Source: a virus (Duplodnaviria; Caudoviricetes). From it: a stretch of 64,000 bases of DNA. The stretch covers positions 20,962-84,961 of the IMG/VR virus record IMGVR_UViG_3300012952_002053. One strand, written 5' to 3'. The notes beneath the pieces were generated by a model that was given only the letters and a program-made list of their open reading frames with translations, ran no database searches and had not been told where the DNA came from. This document shows, piece by piece, positions 33,201 through 40,285 of this stretch (position 1 is its first letter; every line of letters starts with the position of its first letter). Both the position numbers and the translations under genes were made by a program.

Positions 33201-36200
33201 TGATAGCAACGAATTAGTTACAATAGTTGTTCTACTGCCAGGATCAAATGCCCAATCAGTATTTGCTGTTGTGGCATTACCATCAACTGTGACTACAACA
33301 TCACTCGCTGATGTGCTGTTAGCAGTTTCAAAACTGTAACGTTGTCTAGGTTGATAACGTTTGCTTTCTATGTTTACTACATTTGCTAAAGTATTTCCAG
33401 CACCTTCTTCTGCTAGTGTAAAATCATCACCTTTAATAGTTAAGTAAAAACTTTCTGCATTTCCAGTTATTGTCCTTGTAAAGGATGCTACAATATTTGC
33501 ATTTACTCCTGCTGTAGTATTAATTACATTTGCAACATCTTCTGTTGTAGATACATTGCTTAAATCAATTATAGTATTCGTATTAGCACTGAAGTGGTCT
33601 GTAATTAAAATATTACTTGCATTTGCCAATGCACTAACATCTACATTAGATGTTGATACTGCATATGGTTTTAAGAATTGTGTTGTAATATTTGCAGTCA
33701 ATAATTGAGCGGCAATAACTGTTACTGACGGATTAATAGTATAACCATATCCTGGTTCAGTAACTGTAACATCTGAAATTCTACCATCAGTACCAATGTT
33801 CACAGTTGCCTGTGCTGTAGTACCTCCACCATATTCAAAACTTCCTGGAATCTCTGCAGGTGGTGGTTCAATTTCTAAGAATGGTCTTTGATAAAATTTT
33901 GTTGTTCTATCTAATACTTCAACTTCTTTTACTTTACTTACAATATCTTCTGGATATGCAATTTGTATTAATTGTTTTTCATCTGTAATTTCTGAATCAG
34001 TAATCTTCATGTCAATTGTTTGGAAATTCTCTACATCACCAAACTCACCTGACTTCAATGCCCATTCATCATAAACATTAACACTACCTGGTACTAAAAC
34101 TTTATCACTGTTTAACAATACTTCTAAACTGTTCTTAGTACCTTTACTTCTTATCATACCAACATAAAAATCATATTGGTCATCTTGTGTTAATTCAAAT
34201 TCTCTTAAATATTTTCTTTCATTGTAACCATACTGTCTTCTACTTGCTTCATAAACTTGTTTTTCAACAGGCACATGTCCAATCTCATTGTATTTGCCCA
34301 TGTCACCTGCAAGAGTATCAAAGTTTGGTTTCAATCCATCTGTGGTAATAACATAACCTTCGGCTGTTAGTGTTCCGTTCCAGTTCTTTGTTCTTTTACC
34401 TTTTATTTTTAATCTTCTTTGTCTTTGGTTTAAAACATCATTGTAAATTGTGTCGCCAAATATTGTTTTGTTTGAAACTACCATTGCATGTTCAATTTCA
34501 TTTGTGTACAATATTAAGCCATAAATTTGTTTTCCTTCTGGAGGTCTAATTTCTAAATTCTGTCCGTCTCTTATAATCTCACATTCTGTGGCTTTGATGT
34601 TTTTGCCTTCTTCATCTAATATGCTATACTGACTTTGGTCAACGTCTATAATTTTACTAACTCTACCCATAGGTGCAGTAAACTTAATACCACCTGCCGC
34701 TGGACTTAAATTAATTGTATTACCTGAACTCCAATTACCTATACTCCAGAACAGCATTTGTCTACCGCTGTATAGCCAATCGTTCACATCATTTATTTCT
34801 GAATTAAATTCTCCAAAATTATATCCCATTTTGGCTTGTTTTCTTCCTAAACTAATTAAAAAGTCAAATAGTTCATTTGCAGTATCATAAACTGTGCCGT
34901 ATTCTACTCTTATAGTTTTTCCTGTGCCATCTAGATATAAAGTTGCTTCTGCGGCATTTACTTGTGGCAATGTAGAAAGTCTTTGCCATGTAGTTGTGTC
35001 AGTTACGCCTGTGCCTTTAGCCGCAAATTTTAATGCTTGGAAAAAATTAAATCCAGATTTGACTATTGTTCCTTGTTGATAATTTGCTTGGTTATCAAAG
35101 TTAGTGAAGTCAGCAGGTTCACCACCGACACTTACTTCTGTAAGTCTACCATTTACTTTGTTACTTTCTTCAATTTCAAAAAATCTTTTTACACTATTGT
35201 AACCTTCTACTTTGTATTTTTTATCTTCTGTTAGAGTAATTAATACACCAGTAAAATCATTTGTTGTGCTGTAAGGTCCAACATGTACATCTACTTGAAT
35301 ATCTTCTTGTGGAAGAATCAAACTAGAACTGTTACCTGTTGAACTATAACTGTCACTAAACACAGTCATTGTATCTTTGTCTACATAGCCAGCAAATTTA
35401 TGTCCAAGTTTACTGTTTACACTTCTAAATGGTTTCACAAATTCTTTATTTGTGTTAAGTCCTTGGAATTTGAGGAATGAATCTACGAATTGTGTATATC
35501 CTACTGTATATACTGTTTCTTCGTTTGCATTTACTTCACCATGTATTGCAACATTTTTGCCTTTAATTCTTCTGCCTGTGTCTTTGTCAAGCAATTGGTT
35601 GGTGTTTGCTGAACTTCGAACAATTTTTCTAGGATCAGCAAACACACTGGCAAACTTACCTGGCTTGGCAAGTAAAAGTGATTGAACTACAGCAAAAGGA
35701 TATCCTTCTGATATCTTCCATGCATTTTCTACAGGAGCATTATCGCTGTATTTCCAATCTTTATTCGTTAAGGAACTGTTAGCATTAAATGTTGTTGTTA
35801 AGGTACTTGTTAAACTGTATGTTGCAGTACCAGTATCTAATGTAGTTGTACCTGTATTATTTGTTGTTACGTCTATAGGTGTATCTGCAAAACTTGTACC
35901 CACAGTATATGGATATGCTGGTGTAGTATCAGCATTTCTTGTTGCTACATAGTAGTAAGTACCCAACGGAAACTCTGGTGTTACACCATAACGACCATTG
36001 TATTGGTCAAGTCCATGTGAGTTAGATGCATACACATAATCTTCTATAAATTCGCCTGTTGGTAAACCACCTGGGCCTGTTGCTATGGTATCTCTGTTTA
36101 CAGTTTTTAAACTATATCCACTTTCTATTCTTACTATACTACTACTTGCATTTGCTCTATCTTCGTAACTGTATGGTCCATATATTGGAAAACCGTCAAA

Positions 36201-39200
36201 CGACCAACCAATAATAGGTGAATGTTCTGTTGTTGAATAGTCTGTTACTCCTGTAACTTTTGCAGTAGGTTGAACATAACCGTAAATATTATTACTGTCT
36301 GGATTACCGCCTGCATTATCTCTGCTTACATCATTTCTGTAAAGTGCGTTGTAGTGCCAACTAGTACTATCACTGTGAGTTACACCTGTGTTTGCATTTG
36401 TAATCAATGCTCCGTTGACTGCAATACCTATTGCAGAACTACCTGTTGTGGTTGCATTTGCATATGAACCAGTTGCAGGATTATATTGGTCTGCTTGTAA
36501 ACGTACTTTGTACTTTAATTCTTTATCTTCGATAAAGTTAGTATTATCTGTTGTTGGGAAAGTACCTGTAGTATGATTAATTATGTTATTGGTTGTAATA
36601 TTAATATTTGAACCAACTTCATTTACAGATAAACCGTCAGTGATAATAAATGTATTTGCACTTGCAGTTCCTGTACCACTTGTTGTTTCTACCCAACTAA
36701 TTGTTTTTGTAGTTGATGTTGTGCTAATAATATTTGCTGGTGCAACTAAATTACCACTTGCATCTACAGGTATTTCAAATTTTAATCCTATTCTTCTGTA
36801 AGGATTATTTTCTTTATATCTATCATTGGTTACATTTTCTCTTGTACCTTCTCTGATAATACCTTCTTCTAAATCTTTCCACATTACTTTGTTACTTGGG
36901 TAACTGTAATCGGTGCCGTATTGTGTTTCCCACCATGTTGGCTTTCTAATAAAGCCTAGCATTTCCCATGGATGAGTATGTGGTCTTTGTGTATCATAGC
37001 AGGATTCAAATATTCCTCTCCAATGACCTGGCTTATCTGTGCCATGGTTATAATTCCAAGTGAATAAATTATTTGCTTGATAAAATTCGTTTTTAACAAA
37101 ATCAACTTCATTTCTAGTAATGTAGAAGTTAAAATTATTTCTTAACAATCCGTAAAATTCGTCTCTAGTTCTACCTGTATTTCTAAATCTTCCTGGTCTT
37201 ACATCAGTTACATTTAAATCAGGTAAACTATCATTATTTCTAAATTGCTGTAATGTGCTATTGTAAACACGTTTTTCAAATTCTAATAAAATGTAATCAT
37301 GTACATCACCCACTGCAACACTCTTACTGCCATCATGTCCTTGTACCATTTTAATAGATTCTACAAATGAAGTATCATCTATAATCTCTGGATAGTATAG
37401 TGGATATAATCCTAATGCACTAGGTGTTGGAGGTGTTTGACAACTTTCTCTATTAACATCATATAATCTAACTTTAATTGTATTTCCTAATGTCAAAGTA
37501 TAACTAGGATCAAATGTTACTGTTACTACACCGTTTGTACTTGTAATGCTGTAGTCTACGTCAACGCATAACAGTTTTTCTATATTGTTTGCATCATGGT
37601 CATAAACAAAAATGGTGTTTTCAATTTTGTCTAAATCTAAATAATTTGTTAATACATATTCTTTTTTCAGTACATTGTTTATAACAATTTTTTCTTCTGT
37701 GTACTGGTCACCAAACGCCGCCATAAATGTATTATCGAATACATTTTTACCTTGATTATATGATATAACATTTTCTAAAACAAGTTCCAATATGTCGCCA
37801 TACGACATATTGCTGTAGTCGTTGTTGTCAACATATTTTACAATTTCTTTCTTTAATCTGTTTTTGTATTTTACATATTCTTCTGCACAAAAATCTATAC
37901 TGTCTTTTAAATTAAATTTATCATTACTAAACAAGAATGCAGACAACTGTAAATCATCATCAGATTGAATTAACGTGTCAGCATATTTTACATCTTTTGT
38001 GATATTATCAAAGTTATTTCCACCTAACGGATCACCTGTAATATCTTCTTGGTCTTTTACATAGTTGTTAAAATGCTCTAAGTATTCAGGCTGAGAAAGT
38101 GTTAATAAATCAGCATTGTTTAAATTACTGTGCCAACTTTTTGCAACATTATATCTACCATTTGTTTTTGTACTTTCAAAAAATCCTGATACTGTTTCTG
38201 TAAAAATATCAATTATGTCTAGTTTGCTAAATGTAAAAGAAGCAAATCTAACAGCAATTTGATTTGCATCATAACTAAAGTCAGTTTTGCGTACACCATT
38301 TACATAGACTCTTATACTTTTTTCTACTAGTCCTAATTCTGAACTATCACTATTTTTTGGAACTGCTGATATATGATAAAGTGTTTTTTCGTTTGTTACA
38401 TCTTCATCTTTAATTACATATCTGTCTTCTACTTTTTGTTTTAAATCTTCTTTAAATGGACGCCATGCAGTATCGTATGTGGTCGTGCCACTTTGGTTAT
38501 TCTTTTTGTAATACAAATAACCAGTAATTTGTTTTTTAGTTGTGCCACCAAAAGGAACATAAGAATAGTAATAATCATCTAGATTATTAGTAAAAGAAAT
38601 CTCACTAAAATTATTAAAGTTTTTATATTCTAATGCAAATCCTAAAACAGGATCATTTGTTGTGTTTACAGTTGCTTTTGTGTAGCCAAATATTTCATTA
38701 CCTACAAATGTACTGCTAGGGTAAACACTATCGCTATCTACTGCAACTTTGTTTTTGTCATACAAGTTAAATAAGATAGGTGTATTAATTTTAGATTTTT
38801 GTTGTCCTTTTGTCCAATCTGTACCTGTCCAATAATATTCTATACCTGTGTACCTGGCACCAAATTTTACAGTTACAACATCGCCTAATGTTGCTGTGTA
38901 GGCTACAAAGTTTGAATCACCGTCAACTGCTCCAACAGGATTATTGTCTGCAGGTTTTCTTGTAAGTGTTACATTATCACTACCGTCTGTGCCAATTAAG
39001 TAAACATGTTGTGCAACATTTGTTTCTTCTCCTGGGAACATGATAAAGTTACCTACTTGCAAAGTAACATCATCTATAGTTGCTCCGTTTGGTCTGCCTA
39101 ATACTTCTGCTTTACTAGAACCTTCTGCACTAATTTCAACAGCAAATTTTCCTGTAGTACCAAAATTATATAATTCTATATCTCTGTCAAATTCTATAAT

Positions 39201-40280
39201 AGGTCTAACAGCACGTTTATCTTTTGCTGGTAGTTGGTCTCCTGCATCTAAGAAATTTTGTTTGTGATGCCAAAAGTTAATTCTACTCCAAACGTTATTG
39301 TCTTTAGAACCACGTTGCATAACAATATAGTCTGTGTTTTCTTGAGTGTTGTCACTGTCATATGGACCTATGTCAAAAGCACCTACGCCGCCAGCAACAT
39401 ATTTTAATGCTGTTCCTACTGTAGCAACATATCCATCCCATAACGGTTTTCCAGTTGTAGCATCTACTTGGTCTGGTGTATAATCTGGTGTGGGCCATGT
39501 GCCGTCTGAAGAAACATAATTTTCTACACCAACTAATCCGCCACTTAAAAACTTTGTATCACTGATTAATGTATCATTGTTAGGATCTATAATTGTTTGG
39601 TCATAAGGAATATAATCTTCAGTACTGAAAACTGTTGCAAAGTTTTGTTCTTTATCATACAGAATGATACCTTCGCCTACACCTTCTACAACAAATCTTT
39701 TTTCATCTTTATATCTTGATGGTATTACATAGTCGCCACTAAATGTAACAACCATACCATTTTTTAATGTTGTGCCTGACGGTGTCGTATAAGTCTTTTT
39801 ACCTTCAATATCTTTTTCAATATTAATAGGATTTGTACTTGTTCCTGAAATTATTGTAGCCGTAGGTCCTGCAGGACTCCAAAAGTATTCTTGATAGTTA
39901 ATAAACTTATCAATATTAATCGGAGGTAAAAATGTATATGCTCTCGTATCAAAAATATTATTTTGATTTAATGTATCTACACCATAACTTTTTAATACAT
40001 TGATGTAATCTTCATAAAACATCAAATTGGTGTTCACACCTGTATCTTGGTCTATGCTGTTTACTACAGGTTCTAAACTGAATTTATCTCTGTCAGCAGT
40101 AGGTTGCAAAATATATGTGTCTGTTGCAGTAAATAGGTTTTCATCTTTTTTACCTATGTATGCAGAAACAGTTTCAATATTTGCTTTGCTAAACAGTTGC
40201 TCAACTGTGGTATCAAAAAAGTTTTTGATTACAGGAGTCTGATGCGTAACTGGTAACTTTGTATATTTTTTGTCAGCCAT
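21297..40280 (-). CDS. Giant baseplate wedge-like structural protein (6327 aa)
   Basis: Uninterrupted 19-kb ORF directly downstream of the gp6-like gene. C-terminal FFEMLKYAYAEQ..LDWAFKTTYL...YFNEVKPYSSKIR; internal YHYH-like and Calx-beta-like segments. Confidence 0.8.
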   Translation of the reverse strand: MADKKYTKLPVTHQTPVIKNFFDTTVEQLFSKANIETVSAYIGKKDENLFTATDTYILQPTADRDKFSLEPVVNSIDQDTGVNTNLMFYEDYINVLKSYGVDTLNQNNIFDTRAYTFLPPINIDKFINYQEYFWSPAGPTATIISGTSTNPINIEKDIEGKKTYTTPSGTTLKNGMVVTFSGDYVIPSRYKDEKRFVVEGVGEGIILYDKEQNFATVFSTEDYIPYDQTIIDPNNDTLISDTKFLSGGLVGVENYVSSDGTWPTPDYTPDQVDATTGKPLWDGYVATVGTALKYVAGGVGAFDIGPYDSDNTQENTDYIVMQRGSKDNNVWSRINFWHHKQNFLDAGDQLPAKDKRAVRPIIEFDRDIELYNFGTTGKFAVEISAEGSSKAEVLGRPNGATIDDVTLQVGNFIMFPGEETNVAQHVYLIGTDGSDNVTLTRKPADNNPVGAVDGDSNFVAYTATLGDVVTVKFGARYTGIEYYWTGTDWTKGQQKSKINTPILFNLYDKNKVAVDSDSVYPSSTFVGNEIFGYTKATVNTTNDPVLGFALEYKNFNNFSEISFTNNLDDYYYSYVPFGGTTKKQITGYLYYKKNNQSGTTTYDTAWRPFKEDLKQKVEDRYVIKDEDVTNEKTLYHISAVPKNSDSSELGLVEKSIRVYVNGVRKTDFSYDANQIAVRFASFTFSKLDIIDIFTETVSGFFESTKTNGRYNVAKSWHSNLNNADLLTLSQPEYLEHFNNYVKDQEDITGDPLGGNNFDNITKDVKYADTLIQSDDDLQLSAFLFSNDKFNLKDSIDFCAEEYVKYKNRLKKEIVKYVDNNDYSNMSYGDILELVLENVISYNQGKNVFDNTFMAAFGDQYTEEKIVINNVLKKEYVLTNYLDLDKIENTIFVYDHDANNIEKLLCVDVDYSITSTNGVVTVTFDPSYTLTLGNTIKVRLYDVNRESCQTPPTPSALGLYPLYYPEIIDDTSFVESIKMVQGHDGSKSVAVGDVHDYILLEFEKRVYNSTLQQFRNNDSLPDLNVTDVRPGRFRNTGRTRDEFYGLLRNNFNFYITRNEVDFVKNEFYQANNLFTWNYNHGTDKPGHWRGIFESCYDTQRPHTHPWEMLGFIRKPTWWETQYGTDYSYPSNKVMWKDLEEGIIREGTRENVTNDRYKENNPYRRIGLKFEIPVDASGNLVAPANIISTTSTTKTISWVETTSGTGTASANTFIITDGLSVNEVGSNINITTNNIINHTTGTFPTTDNTNFIEDKELKYKVRLQADQYNPATGSYANATTTGSSAIGIAVNGALITNANTGVTHSDSTSWHYNALYRNDVSRDNAGGNPDSNNIYGYVQPTAKVTGVTDYSTTEHSPIIGWSFDGFPIYGPYSYEDRANASSSIVRIESGYSLKTVNRDTIATGPGGLPTGEFIEDYVYASNSHGLDQYNGRYGVTPEFPLGTYYYVATRNADTTPAYPYTVGTSFADTPIDVTTNNTGTTTLDTGTATYSLTSTLTTTFNANSSLTNKDWKYSDNAPVENAWKISEGYPFAVVQSLLLAKPGKFASVFADPRKIVRSSANTNQLLDKDTGRRIKGKNVAIHGEVNANEETVYTVGYTQFVDSFLKFQGLNTNKEFVKPFRSVNSKLGHKFAGYVDKDTMTVFSDSYSSTGNSSSLILPQEDIQVDVHVGPYSTTNDFTGVLITLTEDKKYKVEGYNSVKRFFEIEESNKVNGRLTEVSVGGEPADFTNFDNQANYQQGTIVKSGFNFFQALKFAAKGTGVTDTTTWQRLSTLPQVNAAEATLYLDGTGKTIRVEYGTVYDTANELFDFLISLGRKQAKMGYNFGEFNSEINDVNDWLYSGRQMLFWSIGNWSSGNTINLSPAAGGIKFTAPMGRVSKIIDVDQSQYSILDEEGKNIKATECEIIRDGQNLEIRPPEGKQIYGLILYTNEIEHAMVVSNKTIFGDTIYNDVLNQRQRRLKIKGKRTKNWNGTLTAEGYVITTDGLKPNFDTLAGDMGKYNEIGHVPVEKQVYEASRRQYGYNERKYLREFELTQDDQYDFYVGMIRSKGTKNSLEVLLNSDKVLVPGSVNVYDEWALKSGEFGDVENFQTIDMKITDSEITDEKQLIQIAYPEDIVSKVKEVEVLDRTTKFYQRPFLEIEPPPAEIPGSFEYGGGTTAQATVNIGTDGRISDVTVTEPGYGYTINPSVTVIAAQLLTANITTQFLKPYAVSTSNVDVSALANASNILITDHFSANTNTIIDLSNVSTTEDVANVINTTAGVNANIVASFTRTITGNAESFYLTIKGDDFTLAEEGAGNTLANVVNIESKRYQPRQRYSFETANSTSASDVVVTVDGNATTANTDWAFDPGSRTTIVTNSLLSGNVSQSFTFSPISVSDGETATDSIATDNLTIINGSYPHIDVEINGLKLPETSEEALYTITSNASANTSTINFLDVGAIPGAPIQPNSKIQIIERATIDLEDTYQGDLPGSSMNIKVFANDALAAKLEQMRTFEIYPDAKGDATLLIDVDDAERLPVRPTDMAEKGLWPKTSSVSYLGIVDSKYNTLPNAGYVSRYNVQYQAFDIFDFENLFDVTKLDSATQLPKEGNVVHFAKGEHEEFDVYRLSNTSSNVSYIEYDDSAGTTFLYTDNSLSNIILDGNELSNSSASYDHTKWYDYVLALKGKYIVDPYNKALKTMEGNPVYVTDQLEVDHPVTRFTSEEKVLDSYVEMGNITHTVPDVKSIESIVPQLSGNIVSTESVPVQNMKQFARANVVTTTSNISIFRNVDADPNTQIKFNNQLTFDIGNGEIEGVQIGDFLKFTDTNSSNLNGNVFQVATIKPEGKISLYANATVLNGMTSLISKDTLSFVNFGKNRFANANIDYSVQVFARGHEFRERENLVFNVDNLGGSAGTKFVVKEQRSPNTFFLDSAYYGTNTALNVITDTATLSHANTRIKITAVPNDISTMGGSFPLGESLFDGLSVKFFDTSGTELNNNSFLIRNVRTETTTIDQITDVVGNFANVTAPILKVVESSVSNSKVVPVKDTELEGQVTLLDPVSPGMYMWTDTLTDPVEVKEVRFDLSNVGNEPVRIIRDANATANVITISNTDGISVGDKVLVSGVIDPSSNITVASISGSNITLSENITSKTTILTPPSGTPEGTTIVNDDFSTFNINLANGISIRSDEALKFRHDGDGKVANVLLASNVTLDTNTRVDFTRAQYEIPEFNGPEFEREVVFFDIEPTTYTGSDLSEANLSYTINEGTKYTTDVDLSSVPVGTMVKINAGAVYDTYQRTLKVDASANTFTVLQTVLEEPKFDYIVNANVSSNTTITIRDTAEIIAPGMQVEGTGIPTNTKIANVIGPSAFTVTNNVTVSEDDVIQIYRTTFQDATFMTSNTVITTKEDHSFAIDGSDKLLGSNVQVYMMYPDYYNDSMKVVDIPTANTIVVDFPAFSHPHTVSGNTYISRFDYEIYGDEAPGVTGNVGWTPFFIANHLGNIQINGANVVTNAFPFHSVEQYANDIADQMYNKAAMISKKGSFAFDIPFIDVGMNMSYKIMDTGSTSYPGFDTFPMYKGTQIYDPTLGINTVAAAGPDFGQMQQAQIQQELQYMQNTSNGLMQQQMDMEAARQAQQNIIEDPPIIVCPPQKIVEEPQKPTLSPQQIAAQALLAQMDFQATNILPHQQEIVKPQAQVYVEQQGTQSGGGYSVGGPRNTGTGTEYGPGDQSYGSSEMVYNYETGQWDSVPSGSKWTQGDVEYTMMGDGTIHGSDGTIWGTTGTRIASDGLTGAGEGPGGDYGLTGLTEEGRKKADPQLRAKLALFNKNYTPGFGPNQDYSGLGGGGSGTGTSTTSLTSSAGGKDPYLTIQHADAACETLIPHTHDFKEISNVCVLDANGRNPEGKRHVTKQCMTHVNNKGNDSGCEHAASNGKVIFEETGVAECIQPYGGYTSAQFSASSVNEGASTVYTVKTDKHVRNGTKVQVNVSGTASLADSDLGTTTSFELTIQNQKATKTINFTADATTEGTETLIFTLAEYDSDNNPTGQRRAQLNINDTSLDPVPTYNNITISSNTLNENGGMVELQVTGEHLTNGATIVATVSGSGITRSDFTAGSDLNSSLQMTFTMSDQGGNVYVSDTKRIGAIADVTTEGNESLTVTLASTDSNGASAGLPNSVTATITDDSLSPVPPYECVDYFLYHRSGPDPETTSFLCTADTSKNHEMKFHFDMYSANDGMKIYQSHTKYGKTTLLGGTHSGGSARNMTAAEKNAFKKVILSANDANYQAGGDTFTDMGSPDSAGGRPYAGVIPVTYNAGNGRYLTVVTDRNTSSGSVVFRWWGAVCINQGENPWYFEKEGGHQGGHTTAKSQASFNVNPVVTTPAPSYNIGPITPIPLGIPNFGNVPMMPSNPIGLHINLGMAGYNSYGSYSQHGNGPGFGTKPSGSTVPSARVRKKTFAPDPGFARGSIVATPSDFSNMDYKGTKPLDGRPSFQNQLGGITDRADTPIPDNSAFNPESAPMKPRARTMKLKLLEKTKTGVYIPKIGGGSPVELEIPLEEYCIRPKVSFCASNEWINPQGVDGSGANSEGSLSIDHSQYKIREGDTFWVGTTQISTVGVGSATDMAAEIRKQMGDKVNVNVVTNDDGTKCVRVAFRDTSAGVPILRNGCKGGILKEVLDFTVNNKEDRSYSETTVTAGSRTNTQQTTTYVNADTDADANTADVEVGRVTTTATGTDFITNTITAEDRRNRDAPTTISVGHNGSGYAVGDILRAVGGTAVSRQSMPTQTIAGLKLVRGGSGYGYWNNEVGEFRFDPTTVKITVGGPGTPGYGFEPDLFGLDVDPITGALTCNYDPIFGTGGRGLPAIPGLTGEKYVKNDPPVINITGTGIGARFEIEWGLGGSASKKEEVAVYKVTSVGDEGQIRALKILNRGLYETFPGDLNSGIPLEYHTAKTGPGPDGKPVTASIGSTPTGSTGSGKGGRVFMTARLIGDCRQKGSALQDMGLAEGPVGKGGLPEHIIDFINDNSTLDPNGNPYFRAGLDNNGGLPKIRIGSDSGDGVELSGGRPGDLESFNIDPGAYIPEIPPHVNLVDGSPASGDGTGGTGGPDRGKGIRFSSRHPFGIHGDIGDYIMQNGLYKYELRRLDGNSPIQMTAQNVNAIHVDALALESVRHATETGLDMANISNVWIDNYAGTGKWAYLESNTIIRQQEDLVNTRFIRDVFTYDNETAEKEFDIDLYDPFKGILPGFIDKEIDLKTLRDPIVYDGRKTRYGRKQVGLRWWDTTNVRYEWYEQGSGNYGANGFNNYERTINWGNMFPGSQINIYEWVESLTPPSSYTLGTPHPDGNFIVESHPDKTGKPLTHYYFWATELNEISDRARINYGKERNTRDITRLLQNIDGERVAYTGIISPDALVVNTLGDLIKTEDSILSVNFKRKETEASQKHTSWNLAGENDIDGAIPRNLSIKLIDSLAGYNAIQQIVPGTGLSLSERFGSKFRPRQTMFKDIKKARKQMFSVMNEIFRDLKMETSFIDWKDNLPTGYTLLQDTNWYEKQRVNKIDNSTVYYDNTFKPLRKVTDTKQFGLLENVLDKSIIQVQKNDSERYRLYEYDKKTNTFNLIAMENETVKWIEGVHKDSQTLLRGMEIRNILIALYEKVFTNTYEVHWNKFFFEMLKYAYAEQGELDWAFKTTYLKVVKEETDLIPFKGFKVDNFDKAIDYFNEVKPYSSKIRNYSDIKKAPVEILSGSTSDFDRPPYYDEDNYSVRILNAGVAADNTILNSNKDYAGFISNSDKIRTFDQRIIFDRVKGDMYENTSGGSTQQIIADGTSTIFNFNFTVEDENRLEVFVNGEKISKTSDSGNVTNYTVDVGNSFISFTDTANTNNRIGVPNNGDKIEFKYIDGFDPTLETMNVSIAKNLVAIESNSNINISNVELKWTAPERLWKFDPDVRTAITNAFDTAYGVGSGSNTTITTNVSIMTNMVADGNLKSALDLIKSKVHATFQGETLDANVFTDVVPGTHPSNFYTDTRGFDTYGWDDGLFDRETEVDNFVGIFSETASGNVNYRVNDETVYGFDATTFLKHRYGPDRPEELAVVQPLETLTMDVYTKGNTQISSDSTDVRYLVFLDIFGQSEYYRRTINALTTTTADVNIWDNEISVADASKLPRASIQDTAVVWINGERIEYELRDTVNNKLKGITRGTKGTTPNTVITSGEGIFNGEESENIRLRDANGNLLRDPEDFNWIKPVEIFDDTIPFDDDWDGSGALTGFQNNVMTTAGIVGDLPYDVDAGNVTFGFDSSWDGVGSFKPTSGGVENYTLPSFDVDENTGWDSGDKTLKEAGSLTDKGTVLQANTSIIDFLHNFD

Positions 40281-40285
40281 TAGTC

